From positions 1 through 25,407 of IMG/VR virus record IMGVR_UViG_3300027798_000205: 25,407 nt of DNA; one strand, written 5' to 3'. Position 1 is the stretch's first letter, and the number at the start of each line of letters is the position of its first letter. Below the pieces are notes generated by a model. That model had not been told where the DNA came from and made no database searches. It saw only the letters and a list, made by a program, of their open reading frames with translations. Position numbers and translations under genes: made by a program. Positions 24,375 through 25,407 of the stretch are shown here, one piece after another. The DNA comes from a virus. Its lineage: Duplodnaviria > Caudoviricetes.

Positions 24375-24498
24375 TTAGATTTTACGGAAGGCCCTCTGGT
24401 TCGATTGCCAGCGTGGGGAGAATTTCCGAATTAGAATGAACAGGTCGGCAGGTGAGGCGGGTTCCTCGTTAGGCCCGTAGGCCCTGCTGACATATGTG

Positions 24499-24526
24499 AA
24501 CCTAGAACCACCTGTGGCCGATTCAA
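24499..24526 (-). promoter_or_regulatory. Candidate sigma70-type early promoter
   Basis: TTGAAT-N16-TAGGTT immediately upstream of the structured leader. Confidence 0.45.
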
Positions 24527-24607
24527 CATCTATTTTCAGTTATTTTTTGATCGAGTCACCAGCGTGCCACGGGGCTGGCCCTTTTGGTTAGACGCACGCC
24601 CGTGCGT

Positions 24608-24624
24608 AGCAGAGACCGTGCCAA
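24608..24624 (-). promoter_or_regulatory. Sigma54-like -24/-12 element
   Basis: TTGGCACG-GTCT-CTGCT with correct GG-N10-GC spacing. Confidence 0.5.
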
Positions 24625-24821
24625 GTCTCTTTACAGTTCTGGCGTTCACTAGTGAACATCTGTACACTGAACGGATTATTGATAGCAGGGTATAGGCAAT
24701 TGCCATACCCCCCTAGAATCGCCCGCCAGACCCCTCTAATCGCATTTTTACAATTCTTTTACATTATATGATTGGTATATGGATGATACATTACTTCCTG
24801 ACCTATGATTCAATGATTCAG

Positions 24822-24882
24822 CCCGAATCCTACTTGACAAGCCTATGATTCGACCCGAATCCCCCTTGACAAGCCTATGATT
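24822..24882 (+). repeat. Tandem repeat, 32-bp period
   Basis: CCCGAATCC(TA/CC)CTTGACAAGCCTATGATT at 24822-24850 and 24854-24882 (27/29 identical), with partial copies on both flanks. Confidence 0.9.
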
Positions 24883-25142
24883 AGAATCCCTTCACGGCCC
24901 CATCAGTTTCTCTTATACCAGATTCTGGGCCTGTTTTTGTGCTTGTTTTGGCTTGTTGAGAATTGACCCCATTTCATTGGGGTTTTCGCACATTTTCAGT
25001 CTCACATTCTTTGGCCCCTGCAAGGCCCTTGCAAGGTGGGGTGCAAGGGGTTGGATGGGCCGAGGGCCGAGGGCCGTGGCGGGCCAGCCAGACCCCTAGG
25101 ACGGGCAAGGCCCTTTATTGCAACCGATTTGCGTTTAGGTTT

Positions 25143-25231
25143 TGAATCCCCGAATCATTAGTCAGCATTGCAGGATTAGATTCCAGCGGGGCTGGGTGAA
25201 TCCCCGAATCATTAGTTAGGATTGCAGGATT
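25143..25231 (+). repeat. 35-bp direct repeat, 54-bp period
   Basis: TGAATCCCCGAATCATTAGT(C/T)AG(C/G)ATTGCAGGATT at 25143-25177 and 25197-25231 (33/35 identical). Confidence 0.9.
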
Positions 25232-25407
25232 CAGACGGTGGCTGGTGCCCATTAGGGAATCTGAACCTGTGCATTAGCCCTGCTACTGGGTGACAAGGGC
25301 CTTGCGATGGGCTTGCATCGGGCGGGCGGGGCCTCACTGTAGGGTGTGCGGGCAGTGACCTAGGCCCGCCTGTTCATTCTCATTCTACTTTGGCTAAACC
25401 CGCAAAC

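Noticed and set aside
24834-24881. TTGACA and TATGAT in the 32-bp repeat as a sigma70 promoter
   Set aside because: The hexamers are 4 bp apart, not 16-18.
24800-25231. CRISPR array
   Set aside because: Only two copies per repeat, spacers of 3 and 19 nt, and no cas genes.

Overview
Part of a tailed dsDNA phage genome with a podovirus-type layout; nearly all genes are on the minus strand. Reading in transcription order (right to left): (1) about 1.1 kb of non-coding DNA rich in repeats, palindromes and promoter-like sites; (2) a small early operon (DUF932 protein, 144-aa hypothetical, 25-aa membrane peptide, terminator) whose structured leader holds a type II hammerhead ribozyme; (3) a second regulatory gap; (4) five tRNAs, all with U34 and including the rare Ile-UAU, with unannotated structured RNA between them; (5) GH24 lysozyme, large terminase, a small MerR/Xis-like HTH gene, portal, scaffold, major capsid, adaptor/tail genes and three internal virion proteins, the last running off the left edge. 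The most striking observation is that the 5' leader of the pre-tRNA transcript (22044-22064) is complementary over 21 bp to the start-codon region of the scaffold gene 6.8 kb away. This suggests a tRNA-leader-derived antisense RNA controlling head assembly. All product calls come from motif recognition and gene order, not database searches.
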